This document shows positions 17,691-26,450 of a stretch of 64,000 bases of DNA, piece after piece. Under the pieces are notes generated by a model that was not told the DNA's origin, did no database searches, and worked only from the letters and a program-made list of their open reading frames with translations. Every line of letters starts with the position of its first letter. The first letter of the stretch is position 1. The position numbers were made by a program, and so were the translations under genes. The DNA comes from an uncultured Candidatus Berkelbacteria bacterium. Its GTDB lineage: Bacteria; Patescibacteriota; UBA1384; UBA12157; JAENIV01. The DNA lies in the NCBI GenBank assembly GCA_963698075.1, contig OY969116.1:670131-734130 (forward strand). The letters are read 5' to 3'.

Positions 17691-17717
17691 GTCGAATATC
17701 CGGCAAGGAGGAGATCG

Positions 17718-18887
17718 GTGCAACTTGAAAAGACATCGTTGGTATCACCTTTAGGCAAAGGTGACTATGAGAGAGGTGAACGCTGGGTGTTAATGAAGGC
17801 TTTGTATCCAAGACTGGCAAAGTACGATTGGACTTTAGGGATTGATTTCAAAGGCAATAGTTTGGAGCCCGAAAAATGGGTTCTTGATATCGCCGATGAG
17901 ATTCGTAATTGGGGAGGGTTCTTGGGCTGGCATCCTTCTAAAGTTGTTTCCGAAAGCCTCGGTGATCCAAAAGAGCCGCTACCGCCGTCCCTTCTGAAAT
18001 GCGCCAGACAAGCAAAATCCTTAGGTTTGAAACTGCTGACCATTCATTCAGCTGCCAAAACTGAAAATGAGCCCGGACCTGAAGCTGGACTTGGACGTTA
18101 CAGTTCAACCACCACGCCTGAAGAAGATCTGGCCAGGATTGAGGCAATGATTGATCCTCTCTGTCAAGCGGCTGAAGCTTCTGGTGGAGTCTTAAGTTTG
18201 GAGCCAACTGATATGGCCCAATTCCGCGATGGCGGCTATCATTTGCCGACCTTCAAAGAGCAAATTTGGGCCGGTATGCTTGAGATGTTGCTTTATCTCC
18301 GTTCAAAGGTTGAAGAGCGTTCAGGCATTCGTATGCCGATGACATTCGATGACGAACATGTCCTCGGGCTCTGGAACTTCAAAGCTCGCCGCCGTGATTT
18401 GGCGAGTCTTCCCTGGTGGCAACCAGCAAAGCCTAGGCCGGCGCAGGTTGAGCTGGCTGACATCACCGGTTGTTGGTTTGAAAAAGGAATGCCGCCGGTT
18501 TTGCTCGAGCGGCCGCCGGATTACGCCACTGATTTGGAATGGGATATGGCGATCATCAACGACGGGCTGAAAAAGTCTCAACCGGTCTTGATCCATACTG
18601 GGGCCAGCGTTCAGGCAACAAGATACAATCCCCAGACCGCTCAGGATGAAATTGACACCCATCTTCCCTATAATGCCTTCGACACCGACCAGATGACCTT
18701 GCTCGATCTGAAGTTGCAATATGCCGTCAGCCATCCTGACTGCTATGGTATAGAAAACGAAGTAGTGGGAAGCGGTTTTTTGCTGGGGCGCTACAGTCCT
18801 TGGAGCCCACGACCATTTGATAATGAGATGGCAATGTTTCTTTCAGCGGTGGTAGAAGTCGACCGCATAGCAGCGATATCAAGCTAA
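17718..18887 (+). CDS. TIM-barrel-like hypothetical protein, paralog 2 (GC-rich copy)
   Basis: Homologous to 16564-17571 (motifs GIDFKGNSLE, LGWHPS, LTIHSAAK, LIHTGAS). GTG start 5 nt after the AAGGAGGA SD. High GC. Confidence 0.5.
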   Translation: MQLEKTSLVSPLGKGDYERGERWVLMKALYPRLAKYDWTLGIDFKGNSLEPEKWVLDIADEIRNWGGFLGWHPSKVVSESLGDPKEPLPPSLLKCARQAKSLGLKLLTIHSAAKTENEPGPEAGLGRYSSTTTPEEDLARIEAMIDPLCQAAEASGGVLSLEPTDMAQFRDGGYHLPTFKEQIWAGMLEMLLYLRSKVEERSGIRMPMTFDDEHVLGLWNFKARRRDLASLPWWQPAKPRPAQVELADITGCWFEKGMPPVLLERPPDYATDLEWDMAIINDGLKKSQPVLIHTGASVQATRYNPQTAQDEIDTHLPYNAFDTDQMTLLDLKLQYAVSHPDCYGIENEVVGSGFLLGRYSPWSPRPFDNEMAMFLSAVVEVDRIAAISS

Positions 18888-18908
18888 ACATAATAACTAG
18901 TGGACAAC

Positions 18909-18941
18909 GGGTCGAACTCTCGGCCCGTTTTTCGTTTTTTT
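18909..18941 (+). terminator. rho-independent terminator GGGUCGAACUCUCGGCCC + U-tract (copy of 17606-17634)
   Basis: Same stem as the upstream copy, with one loop substitution, followed by tttttcgttttttt. Confidence 0.6.
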
Positions 18942-19057
18942 GAACCTGTTTTAACGGCTCAGGTGGTGAGCCGGTGAGCCGTTGACTATTTTGCTGATAA
19001 TGATATATTAAAAAGCCCCGCGTGGCGGAAAGCGAACCTCACAACCGAGGCAAGGAG

Positions 19058-20188
19058 ATGAAAGAGTCTACCCCTGCTTTGTTTTTGCCACTTGGCAGTC
19101 GAGACTGGATCGGACAAGACACTCCAAGACATCTTTTCCTCAGAAGCGTTGAGACAAAGCTCAAAGATCTAGGACTAAGACCGGGATGGGGATTCAGGGG
19201 CAACCAATTGCCAATCGACGGTTGGGCGGGTGATTGCGCCGAAGATGCCGTCTCGCGTGGCTGGTCACTGAATTGGCATCCAGGCTATGACGCTGCTTTT
19301 GGCATCGCTCTTAAAGGCGAACTGACACCGAAGCTAATCGAAATTGGCGAAATCGCTCGGCGTTTCAAAGAGACCTTTGATCTTGAAGCGCTAGTGATTC
19401 ACCCTGATGCTCTTCAGCTCGGTGGACCGGAAGACCCCAAGGCAGATCTCGAACGCTACAACTCAAAGCTAACGGCAGCTCAGGTTCTTCGTGGCATCAA
19501 AAACCATGTACCGGCACTGCGCGAACTCAATGAGATCTGCGGTGGGATACTTCTCATCGAGAATGTTCATACCTGCCTCTTCAATGAAAAGACGGCTGAT
19601 GAGCTACCAACCTATTATGCCGCCCAGCTTGGCCATCTGGATTTGGCTTGGATGGCCGAGCAAGCGGGAATCGGTACCGTCCTTGACTCCGAGCACTTCT
19701 TTGGAACCTTCAATTTTATCTACCGGCTGCAGGATTTCTGGGATCCGGCGGAGCCGCCGCAAAAGAAGCTAACCCCCGTCCAAGCCGAGTTAGCCAACAT
19801 CGCTGGGTACTATGTTTATGAGAACGATGCTCCGTGGGGCACCCTGCCCATGAACTTCTTCCCTCAGTATCTTGAGCTGCTCAAGCCAAGACTATTCCAT
19901 CTTGGCGGCTCATTGCGGCTGGTTGATGAGCATGGCCGGGTTAACACCCACATCGAGACCAATACCCTTGATCCAAGTCAAAGACTAGTTCTTTTGCTCC
20001 AACTGGACTACATGAGAAAGCATGGCGGCCTTGGTGCTGAAGTCGAAGTTGATTCCCGGCCGGGCTGGTCTGAACCACGCTCGGCCGACGGCAATGTGGC
20101 CAAGTTGCGGGAATACCTGACCATTATGGACGCCTACGAGAAACTCCAGAAGGGGGTTTGGAAGGTCGATCCCAGCATCAAGCTCTAA
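19058..20188 (+). CDS. TIM-barrel-like hypothetical protein, paralog 3 (GC-rich copy)
   Basis: Homologous to the previous two (GFRGNQLPID, LNWHPG, LVIHPDAL, DSEHFFGTFNF, LFHLGGS). The start is either the ATG at 19058 after GAGGCAAGGAG or the GTG at 19022. Confidence 0.5.
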   Translation: MKESTPALFLPLGSRDWIGQDTPRHLFLRSVETKLKDLGLRPGWGFRGNQLPIDGWAGDCAEDAVSRGWSLNWHPGYDAAFGIALKGELTPKLIEIGEIARRFKETFDLEALVIHPDALQLGGPEDPKADLERYNSKLTAAQVLRGIKNHVPALRELNEICGGILLIENVHTCLFNEKTADELPTYYAAQLGHLDLAWMAEQAGIGTVLDSEHFFGTFNFIYRLQDFWDPAEPPQKKLTPVQAELANIAGYYVYENDAPWGTLPMNFFPQYLELLKPRLFHLGGSLRLVDEHGRVNTHIETNTLDPSQRLVLLLQLDYMRKHGGLGAEVEVDSRPGWSEPRSADGNVAKLREYLTIMDAYEKLQKGVWKVDPSIKL

Positions 20189-20201
20189 CTACGACCTGAT
20201 T

Positions 20202-20233
20202 CCGGGCCCCGCTCAGCGGAGCCCTTTCTTTTT
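20202..20233 (+). terminator. rho-independent terminator CCGGGCCCCGC-TCA-GCGGAGCCC + TTTCTTTTT
   Basis: 9-bp stem with one mismatch, followed by a T-tract. Marks the end of the GC-rich block. Confidence 0.55.
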
Positions 20234-20271
20234 ATCTAAAAATCCCTGTAAGATAATTTTGGAGGAGCTAA

Positions 20272-21156
20272 ATGCCTTGGTTTTTTTATTCCTTGCTGGG
20301 TTTTGCCTTAAGTCCGGGCTATTCCTTGACCCAGAAATGGGCTCTCAATTTGAAGATCAATAAAACCAAGCTTTTAACTTATACTTTTTTAGGCCTGCTA
20401 GTTTGTTATTTAATTTATAATCTTCTCAGTGATCCTCAAACTCTTTGGCTCAAAATTCAATCACCCAGCTTTCATCTCTGGGGCTTGCTGGCCGCTGCCC
20501 TCTCGCTGGCAGGCAATATTTTCTCCACCAATGCGGTTGAAAAAAGTCCCAACCCAGGTTATGTTCAGGCCGTTACCTCAACCAATGCTTTGTTAGTTCT
20601 CCTCATTTCCATTATTCTTTTTCGCTCGCCGATTACTTGGTTGAAGTTCCTCGGCGTGCTGGTAATCATTTTAGGCCTCGGTTTAATCCTGATCACTAAA
20701 CGAGAGAAGAAAAAACTTGCCCATTGGCAATTATCGGCTGTCGTTGCCATGTTAAGTTTCGGCGCCATGTTTTTAGTCGTCAAAGAGATGGCTAATCTGG
20801 GGATAAATTCGGCCGAGATTCTCTTAATTTTATTTTTTTATGCCTCAATTGGGTTTTTGATTTTAAGTCATTTTCAAAGAATAAGTCTCGGTCTTGAGAA
20901 TACCCCTCGACGAGTGATCGTGCCCATTGCTCTCTTAATTCTGGTTTCCTTTTTTACCAATTTATTCAACTTTATGGCTATCAAATTAGTGAGCAATCCC
21001 GGCTATTCAACCGCCATTTTTAACTCGGCGGTGATATTGACGCTCTTGCTTTCGCCCCTGGTATTTCCCAAAAGTGCTGGAGGGGAATTCAACGCCCGAA
21101 AATGGCTGGGGGTGGCGGTTACGGTTGGCGGAATTCTTCTTATTGTTTTGGGTTAG
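20272..21156 (+). CDS. DMT-superfamily (EamA-like) membrane transporter
   Basis: Ten predicted TM helices in two repeats. Size 294 aa. Confidence 0.5.
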   Translation: MPWFFYSLLGFALSPGYSLTQKWALNLKINKTKLLTYTFLGLLVCYLIYNLLSDPQTLWLKIQSPSFHLWGLLAAALSLAGNIFSTNAVEKSPNPGYVQAVTSTNALLVLLISIILFRSPITWLKFLGVLVIILGLGLILITKREKKKLAHWQLSAVVAMLSFGAMFLVVKEMANLGINSAEILLILFFYASIGFLILSHFQRISLGLENTPRRVIVPIALLILVSFFTNLFNFMAIKLVSNPGYSTAIFNSAVILTLLLSPLVFPKSAGGEFNARKWLGVAVTVGGILLIVLG

Positions 21157-21279
21157 AATTATCCCCCTCTTGACATTTCTTGACGAATAATTTAAATTCT
21201 GCGACGCTGAGGACAGCAAATTCGTTTAAGAAAATATTGAGCTCATAACAATTACATTTAAAGATTCATAGGAGGCGAA

Positions 21280-22254
21280 GTGAAATTAAACGCAGCAGTT
21301 ATTGGTGTTGGCAATATGGGCCGTCATCATGCCCGTAATTATCATGAAATTCCTGGGGTATGTTTGGCAGCGATCGCTGACAGCGATCAAAAAATCGCCA
21401 GAGAAATCGCTGATAAATACGACGCCCGGGCCTATAGCGATTATCACCAAATGCTTGAAACCGAAAAATTAGATGTCGTTTCCATTGCCGTGCCCACCGA
21501 GCTCCATAAAAAAATCGCCATCGATTGTATTACCAAAGGTATCCATATCTTGATCGAAAAACCCATTGCCGCCACGGTCTCCGAGGCTAAAGAGATTGTT
21601 CAGAAGGCCAAAAATAAAGGCATTAAATTTACGGTCGGCCACATTGAACGTTTCAATCCTGCAGTCCTAAAGCTTAAGGAGATGATTGAGGCGGGAAAAC
21701 TAGGCGAAATTGTCACTATTGCCACCTTCCGTTTGGGACCGACCCCGACGCAAATCAGAGATGCCAACGTCGTCATTGATATTGCCGTCCATGACATTGA
21801 TATTATGAACTGGCTTTTTGGCAAGTTACCCCAAAAGATCACCGCTTATGGGGGAAATGCCTTACACCGAACCAAAGAAGATCATGTCGAAGCCTTTTTA
21901 AACTATGGCCAGGGAACTGGACTTTTAGTTGCCAACTGGATAACTCCTCTCAAAGTCAGGAAACTGACAGTCTCGGGTAAAAAAGCTTACGTGGAACTCA
22001 ATTACATTACCCAGGAGCTTGATTATTATGAAACCAATATTATGCCAGTTTATGATGACTTTGGTGATTTTTTAATTAAGTTCGGCGAAGCCCAGGATAA
22101 AAAAGTCATCACTGTCAAAAATATTGAGCCGCTCAGGGCAGAAATCTTAGCTTTTATTGATTGCATTAAAAAAGATTGTCGACCGATGGTCACGGCCCGC
22201 GAAGCGATTGAGGCTTTAGACATTGCCCATAAGATTAATAGATTAATTAAATAA
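21280..22254 (+). CDS. Gfo/Idh/MocA-family NAD-dependent oxidoreductase (WbpB-like UDP-sugar 3-dehydrogenase)
   Basis: N-terminal AVIGVGNMGRHHARNY. EKP motif. GTG start after an AGGAGG SD. Co-located with WbpD- and WbpE-like genes. Confidence 0.75.
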   Translation: MKLNAAVIGVGNMGRHHARNYHEIPGVCLAAIADSDQKIAREIADKYDARAYSDYHQMLETEKLDVVSIAVPTELHKKIAIDCITKGIHILIEKPIAATVSEAKEIVQKAKNKGIKFTVGHIERFNPAVLKLKEMIEAGKLGEIVTIATFRLGPTPTQIRDANVVIDIAVHDIDIMNWLFGKLPQKITAYGGNALHRTKEDHVEAFLNYGQGTGLLVANWITPLKVRKLTVSGKKAYVELNYITQELDYYETNIMPVYDDFGDFLIKFGEAQDKKVITVKNIEPLRAEILAFIDCIKKDCRPMVTAREAIEALDIAHKINRLIK

Positions 22255-22935
22255 ATGCCAGTCAAAAAAAGACTCAAAAAATTAAAAAAACCATCCAAGC
22301 CGCGTTTTTTTGCCCATAAAAGCGCTGTCATCGAAGATAATGTTAGTGTGGGAGAAGGTTCAAAGATTTGGCATTTCGCTCATGTCCGGCACGGCACCAA
22401 AATCGGCATAAACTGTGTCATTGCCAAATCAGTTTTCATCGATTTTAAATCAGAAATAGGCGATAATGTTAAAATCCAAAACCACGCGATTATTTATCAT
22501 AAGGCCATGATTGAGGATGGTGTTTTTATCGGTCCCAATGTCTGTTTTACCAATGATAAAATTCCTCGAGCTATTAATCCTGACGGCACCCCCAAAAAAG
22601 CAGGCGATTGGCAGGTGACGACCATTCATATCGGTCAAGGTGCCTCAATTGGAGCGCATTCAGTTATTCTGCCAGGGGTGCAAATTGGTGAATTCGCCTT
22701 GGTCGGCTCGGGTTCAGTGGTGACTAAAAATGTTCCTGATTTTGCGCTTGCCTTTGGCAACCCCGCCCGCATAAGAGGATTTGTCTGTCGCTGCGGCCGA
22801 AAAATTAAAGAATTTATTGAGACTGACACTGTTATCGTTGGCAAATGTCATTGCGGACTCAATATTCAAGTCGATCGTCAATCTTTCCAACAACTTAAAT
22901 CGGAAGAACCCAAAAAGAGAATTTGGTTAAGATAA
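22255..22935 (+). CDS. hexapeptide-repeat (LbH) N-acetyltransferase, WbpD-like, with C-terminal Cys4 zinc ribbon
   Basis: Repeated [LIV]G.N hexapeptides. C-terminal CRCGRK...CHCG. Confidence 0.7.
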   Translation: MPVKKRLKKLKKPSKPRFFAHKSAVIEDNVSVGEGSKIWHFAHVRHGTKIGINCVIAKSVFIDFKSEIGDNVKIQNHAIIYHKAMIEDGVFIGPNVCFTNDKIPRAINPDGTPKKAGDWQVTTIHIGQGASIGAHSVILPGVQIGEFALVGSGSVVTKNVPDFALAFGNPARIRGFVCRCGRKIKEFIETDTVIVGKCHCGLNIQVDRQSFQQLKSEEPKKRIWLR

Positions 22936-23687
22936 TGGAATATCTTCAATCTGCTTGGAAAATTAAGATTCCTAAAGTTCAAAGAGATGACGTGTCGTCT
23001 AAAAATTACATTGCGGTCGCTTTGTCTTTACCACCCGCTTATTACAGAAAACGTCTTAAAAAAATTGGTTTTTGGGGAAAGGACACTGAATTATTAGATG
23101 CCGGTTGCGGCGCCGGTCATTGGGCAATTGCCGCCTCGTATCTTAATGAGAAAGTCAGCGGGATTGATTTGACGGAAAATTATCTAAACATTGCCAAAAA
23201 AATTAATGGCCAATTCAAGCGAAAAAATCTTCATTTAAAACTTGGCCGACTGGAAAATTTGCCCGATCCCGATTGCTCCTTTGATTTTATCCTCTGTTAC
23301 AACGCCTGGATGTATACCAACCGCCCAGAAAGTTTGCAAGAAATGACTCGAGTTTTAAAGCCGGGAGGGAAAATTTATTTAGGTTGTATCGCTGGTCTTG
23401 GCTGGTATTTATATCTCTTGAGCCATGGATTCAAAAAGAATAAACGCTCTTTAATTTTTGATTCTCTGAAGGCGATTAAAAGAAAAGTCTACACCACCGA
23501 ACAAGAAACAAAAAAGCTGCTAAAAAAACAAGGTTTAAAAATTCTGGGAATCGGGGCTGATGGTCAATTAGGCGATCCAAAAATCAAAGTTACCCCCGTC
23601 GGCCCAGCTAAAAAGTTTGGTTTTTGGAATGTTTATGAAGTCTTGGCCGAGAAGCCAAAATTATCGAAGGGAATGAATGAAAATTAA
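22923..23687 (+). CDS. class I SAM-dependent methyltransferase
   Basis: Motif I LDAGCGAGHW. Motif post-I VLKPGGKIYLG. Confidence 0.7.
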   Translation: MVKIMEYLQSAWKIKIPKVQRDDVSSKNYIAVALSLPPAYYRKRLKKIGFWGKDTELLDAGCGAGHWAIAASYLNEKVSGIDLTENYLNIAKKINGQFKRKNLHLKLGRLENLPDPDCSFDFILCYNAWMYTNRPESLQEMTRVLKPGGKIYLGCIAGLGWYLYLLSHGFKKNKRSLIFDSLKAIKRKVYTTEQETKKLLKKQGLKILGIGADGQLGDPKIKVTPVGPAKKFGFWNVYEVLAEKPKLSKGMNEN

Positions 23688-24801
23688 CATTGCCTCTCCT
23701 CAAATTGGTCAAGAAGAAATTAAAGCTGTTGTTGAGGTCCTTAAATCCGGCATGTTGGCTCAAGGACCCAAAGTCGCGGAATTTGAAAGAAATTTCGCCC
23801 GTTTTATTGGTACCAAATATGCCGTTGCCACTTCTTCCGGCACAACGGCTTTACATGTGGCCCTGCTGGCCCACGGCCTTGGCCCAGGTGATGAAGTTAT
23901 TACCTCACCCTTTACTTTCATCGCCACCGCCAATTCGATTCTTTATACTGGCGCTCGGCCGGTTTTTGCCGACATCGACGAAAGAACTAATAATGCGTAT
24001 AATATCGACCCAGAAAAGATCGAAAAATTAATTAATAAGAAAACTCGAGCCATCATACCAGTTCATCTTTACGGGGCTGCTTGCGACATGACGAGGATTA
24101 TGGCGATCGCCAGAAAGCACAAACTGATAGTTATTGAAGACGCCTGTCAAGCTCATGGCGCCAAGTGGAAAGACAAAAAAGTCGGTTCCTTCGGCACTGG
24201 AACCTTTTCTTTGTATCCGACTAAGAATATGACGACCGGTGAGGGCGGGATGATCACCACCAATTCACGAACAATCTATGAAAAAGCCAATTTAATCCGG
24301 GCCCATGGGTCCCGGGTTCGTTACTATCATGAAGTTTTAGGTTATAATTTTCGGATGACTGATCTTGAGGCGGCTATTGGTATTGAACAACTCAAAAAAT
24401 TGCCAAAACTTAACCGCTTACGTCAAAAAAACGCCGCTTATTTATCAAAGAATTTAGCCAAGATTCACGGTATTATTATTCCAGCTCCTGATAATAATGC
24501 TAACCATGTTTTGCATGCGTGGCATCAATATACCATTCGGATAACTCCGGAATTTGGTCTTTCCCGCGATGCATTTTTAGCTAAATTAACCGAAAGCTCC
24601 ATTGGCACTGCTGTCTTTTATCCCTTGCCGATTAACGAGCAGAAGTTGTATCAAGACTTGGGTTTTAAACCCAATACGCCCGTTGCCGCCAAAGTCGCCA
24701 AAGAAGTCATATCTTTACCTGTTCATCCCGGATTAAAGAAAAGAGATTTAGATTATATCATCAAAACTATCCGAAGCCTGGCGGCAAAAAATGCCCACTA
24801 A
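23677..24801 (+). CDS. DegT/DnrJ/EryC1/StrS-family PLP-dependent sugar aminotransferase (WbpE-like)
   Basis: Conserved TSSGTTALHVAL. PLP-lysine region FSLYPTKNMTTGEGG. Confidence 0.85.
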   Translation: MKINIASPQIGQEEIKAVVEVLKSGMLAQGPKVAEFERNFARFIGTKYAVATSSGTTALHVALLAHGLGPGDEVITSPFTFIATANSILYTGARPVFADIDERTNNAYNIDPEKIEKLINKKTRAIIPVHLYGAACDMTRIMAIARKHKLIVIEDACQAHGAKWKDKKVGSFGTGTFSLYPTKNMTTGEGGMITTNSRTIYEKANLIRAHGSRVRYYHEVLGYNFRMTDLEAAIGIEQLKKLPKLNRLRQKNAAYLSKNLAKIHGIIIPAPDNNANHVLHAWHQYTIRITPEFGLSRDAFLAKLTESSIGTAVFYPLPINEQKLYQDLGFKPNTPVAAKVAKEVISLPVHPGLKKRDLDYIIKTIRSLAAKNAH

Positions 24802-25468
24802 CATGATTGGCTTATCTTTTGATACTGATTGGCAAGATGGGGAAATTTTGAAAGTTACCCTTGATCTTTTAAAAACCCATCAGGTCAAAGCCACCTTTTT
24901 TATGACAGGCAAAACCAAGCTGAAAATCAGAGGGCATGAGTTAGCCATCCATCCTTATTTCGAGGGTAAAAATTCCTTCCAATCGACGATTAATAAATTA
25001 TTAACAATGTTTCCCCAAGCCAAAGGATTGCGCTCTCACCATCTCCATATTGATTATGATATCTTATCCTACCTGGAGACGAAAAAATTTCTCTACGACA
25101 GCAACTATTTAATGTACCTTCAAGAAAACATCCGCGCCTTTCGAATTAATAATTTTTATGAATTACCAATTTATTACATGGATTTTTATCAGATTTTAAC
25201 GACAAAAAATCCCCAATTTAAGCTGGCATATCTCAAACTTAATCGGCCGGGCTTAAAAATATTGGCTTTTCATCCTATTCATGTTTATTTAAACACCCAT
25301 AATTTGAATGATTATTTGCAATATAAAAGAGATAAAGATCATACCGCCCATTATATCAATCGAAACCAACTCGGGATCCAAACGCTCTTTTTAGAATTAT
25401 TAGCTTATTTGAAGAAAACCAATCAGAAAGATTGTCAATTAAAAAGGATTGCCAATGCCTACTCTTAA
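24791..25468 (+). CDS. NodB/polysaccharide-deacetylase-like protein (paralog of 33454-34146)
   Basis: LSFDTDW motif at the N-terminus, KATFFMTG, and His-rich downstream motifs. Family assignment is tentative. Confidence 0.4.
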   Translation: MPTNMIGLSFDTDWQDGEILKVTLDLLKTHQVKATFFMTGKTKLKIRGHELAIHPYFEGKNSFQSTINKLLTMFPQAKGLRSHHLHIDYDILSYLETKKFLYDSNYLMYLQENIRAFRINNFYELPIYYMDFYQILTTKNPQFKLAYLKLNRPGLKILAFHPIHVYLNTHNLNDYLQYKRDKDHTAHYINRNQLGIQTLFLELLAYLKKTNQKDCQLKRIANAYS

Positions 25469-26450
25469 AAACAAAAATATTTTAGTCACTGGCGGCGCCG
25501 GTTTTATTGGCAGCCATTTGGTAGATAAATTGATTTTAGAAAAACCGGCCAAAATTGTGGTGGTGGACAATTTTTTCTTAGGTAAGATGGAAAATCTGAA
25601 TAAGGCACGAAAAAATTTTAAAAACCTGCCGGCAGGCAGGCAGGGTCTAAAAATTATCAAACAAGACGCGACCGAATTCGAGCCAATAAAAAAGATAATT
25701 TCTCGAGAAAAAATTAACGTTGTTTTTAATCTAGCGACCAAAGCCCTGGAACATTCTTTCGTTGATCCTGACGACGCTTATATGGTTAATGTCAACATAG
25801 CCAGCGTCCTTCTTCGACTTTTGCATCAAAAAAAATATCAGACCCTCATTCATTGTTCTTCGTCTGAAGCTTATGGCACAGCGCAAAAAATCCCCATCAA
25901 TGAAAGACACCCACTCTGTCCCCAGACTCTCTATGCCGCCGGCAAAGCTGCCGCTGATTTGATGGTGATGTCCTATTATAAAACTTACAAATATGATTTG
26001 GCGATCGCCCGGCCTTTTAACACCTATGGCCCCCGACAAAATGAAGGCGTTTATGCTGCGGTCATTCCCATCACCATCAAAAGAATTCTATCTGGCAAAA
26101 GGCCAATTTTACACGGCGACGGCCAACAAACCCGCGATTTTATCTATGTCGATGACACTGCCAGGGGAATTATTGAAATCTATAAGCATCGCCAAACCCG
26201 AGGCAAAGCGATTAATATTGCTTATGGCCAGGAAATTAAAATTAAGGATTTAATTGCCATCATTATGAAAGAAATGGCTTACAAGGGAAAGGTTTGGCGA
26301 AAACCAAAGCGACCTGCTGACGTTTTGCGCCATCTGGCTGACAATAGATTGGCTAAAGAATTGATCGGGTTTTGGCCGGAATATAAATTTCAAGAAGGGA
26401 TGCAAGAGACTATTGATTGGTTTAGAGAAAAATCCAAGGATTCAAAATAA
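25449..26450 (+). CDS. NAD-dependent epimerase/dehydratase (extended SDR)
   Basis: VTGGAGFIGSHL Rossmann motif. Catalytic YAAGKAAAD. Confidence 0.8.
   Translation: MPMPTLKNKNILVTGGAGFIGSHLVDKLILEKPAKIVVVDNFFLGKMENLNKARKNFKNLPAGRQGLKIIKQDATEFEPIKKIISREKINVVFNLATKALEHSFVDPDDAYMVNVNIASVLLRLLHQKKYQTLIHCSSSEAYGTAQKIPINERHPLCPQTLYAAGKAAADLMVMSYYKTYKYDLAIARPFNTYGPRQNEGVYAAVIPITIKRILSGKRPILHGDGQQTRDFIYVDDTARGIIEIYKHRQTRGKAINIAYGQEIKIKDLIAIIMKEMAYKGKVWRKPKRPADVLRHLADNRLAKELIGFWPEYKFQEGMQETIDWFREKSKDSK

Noticed and set aside
19491-19772. Nested ORF 19491-19772 (+) inside paralog 3 and antisense ORFs 17765-18207 / 18321-18734
   Set aside because: They sit in alternative frames of GC-rich coding sequence with no independent start signals. 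They are spurious.
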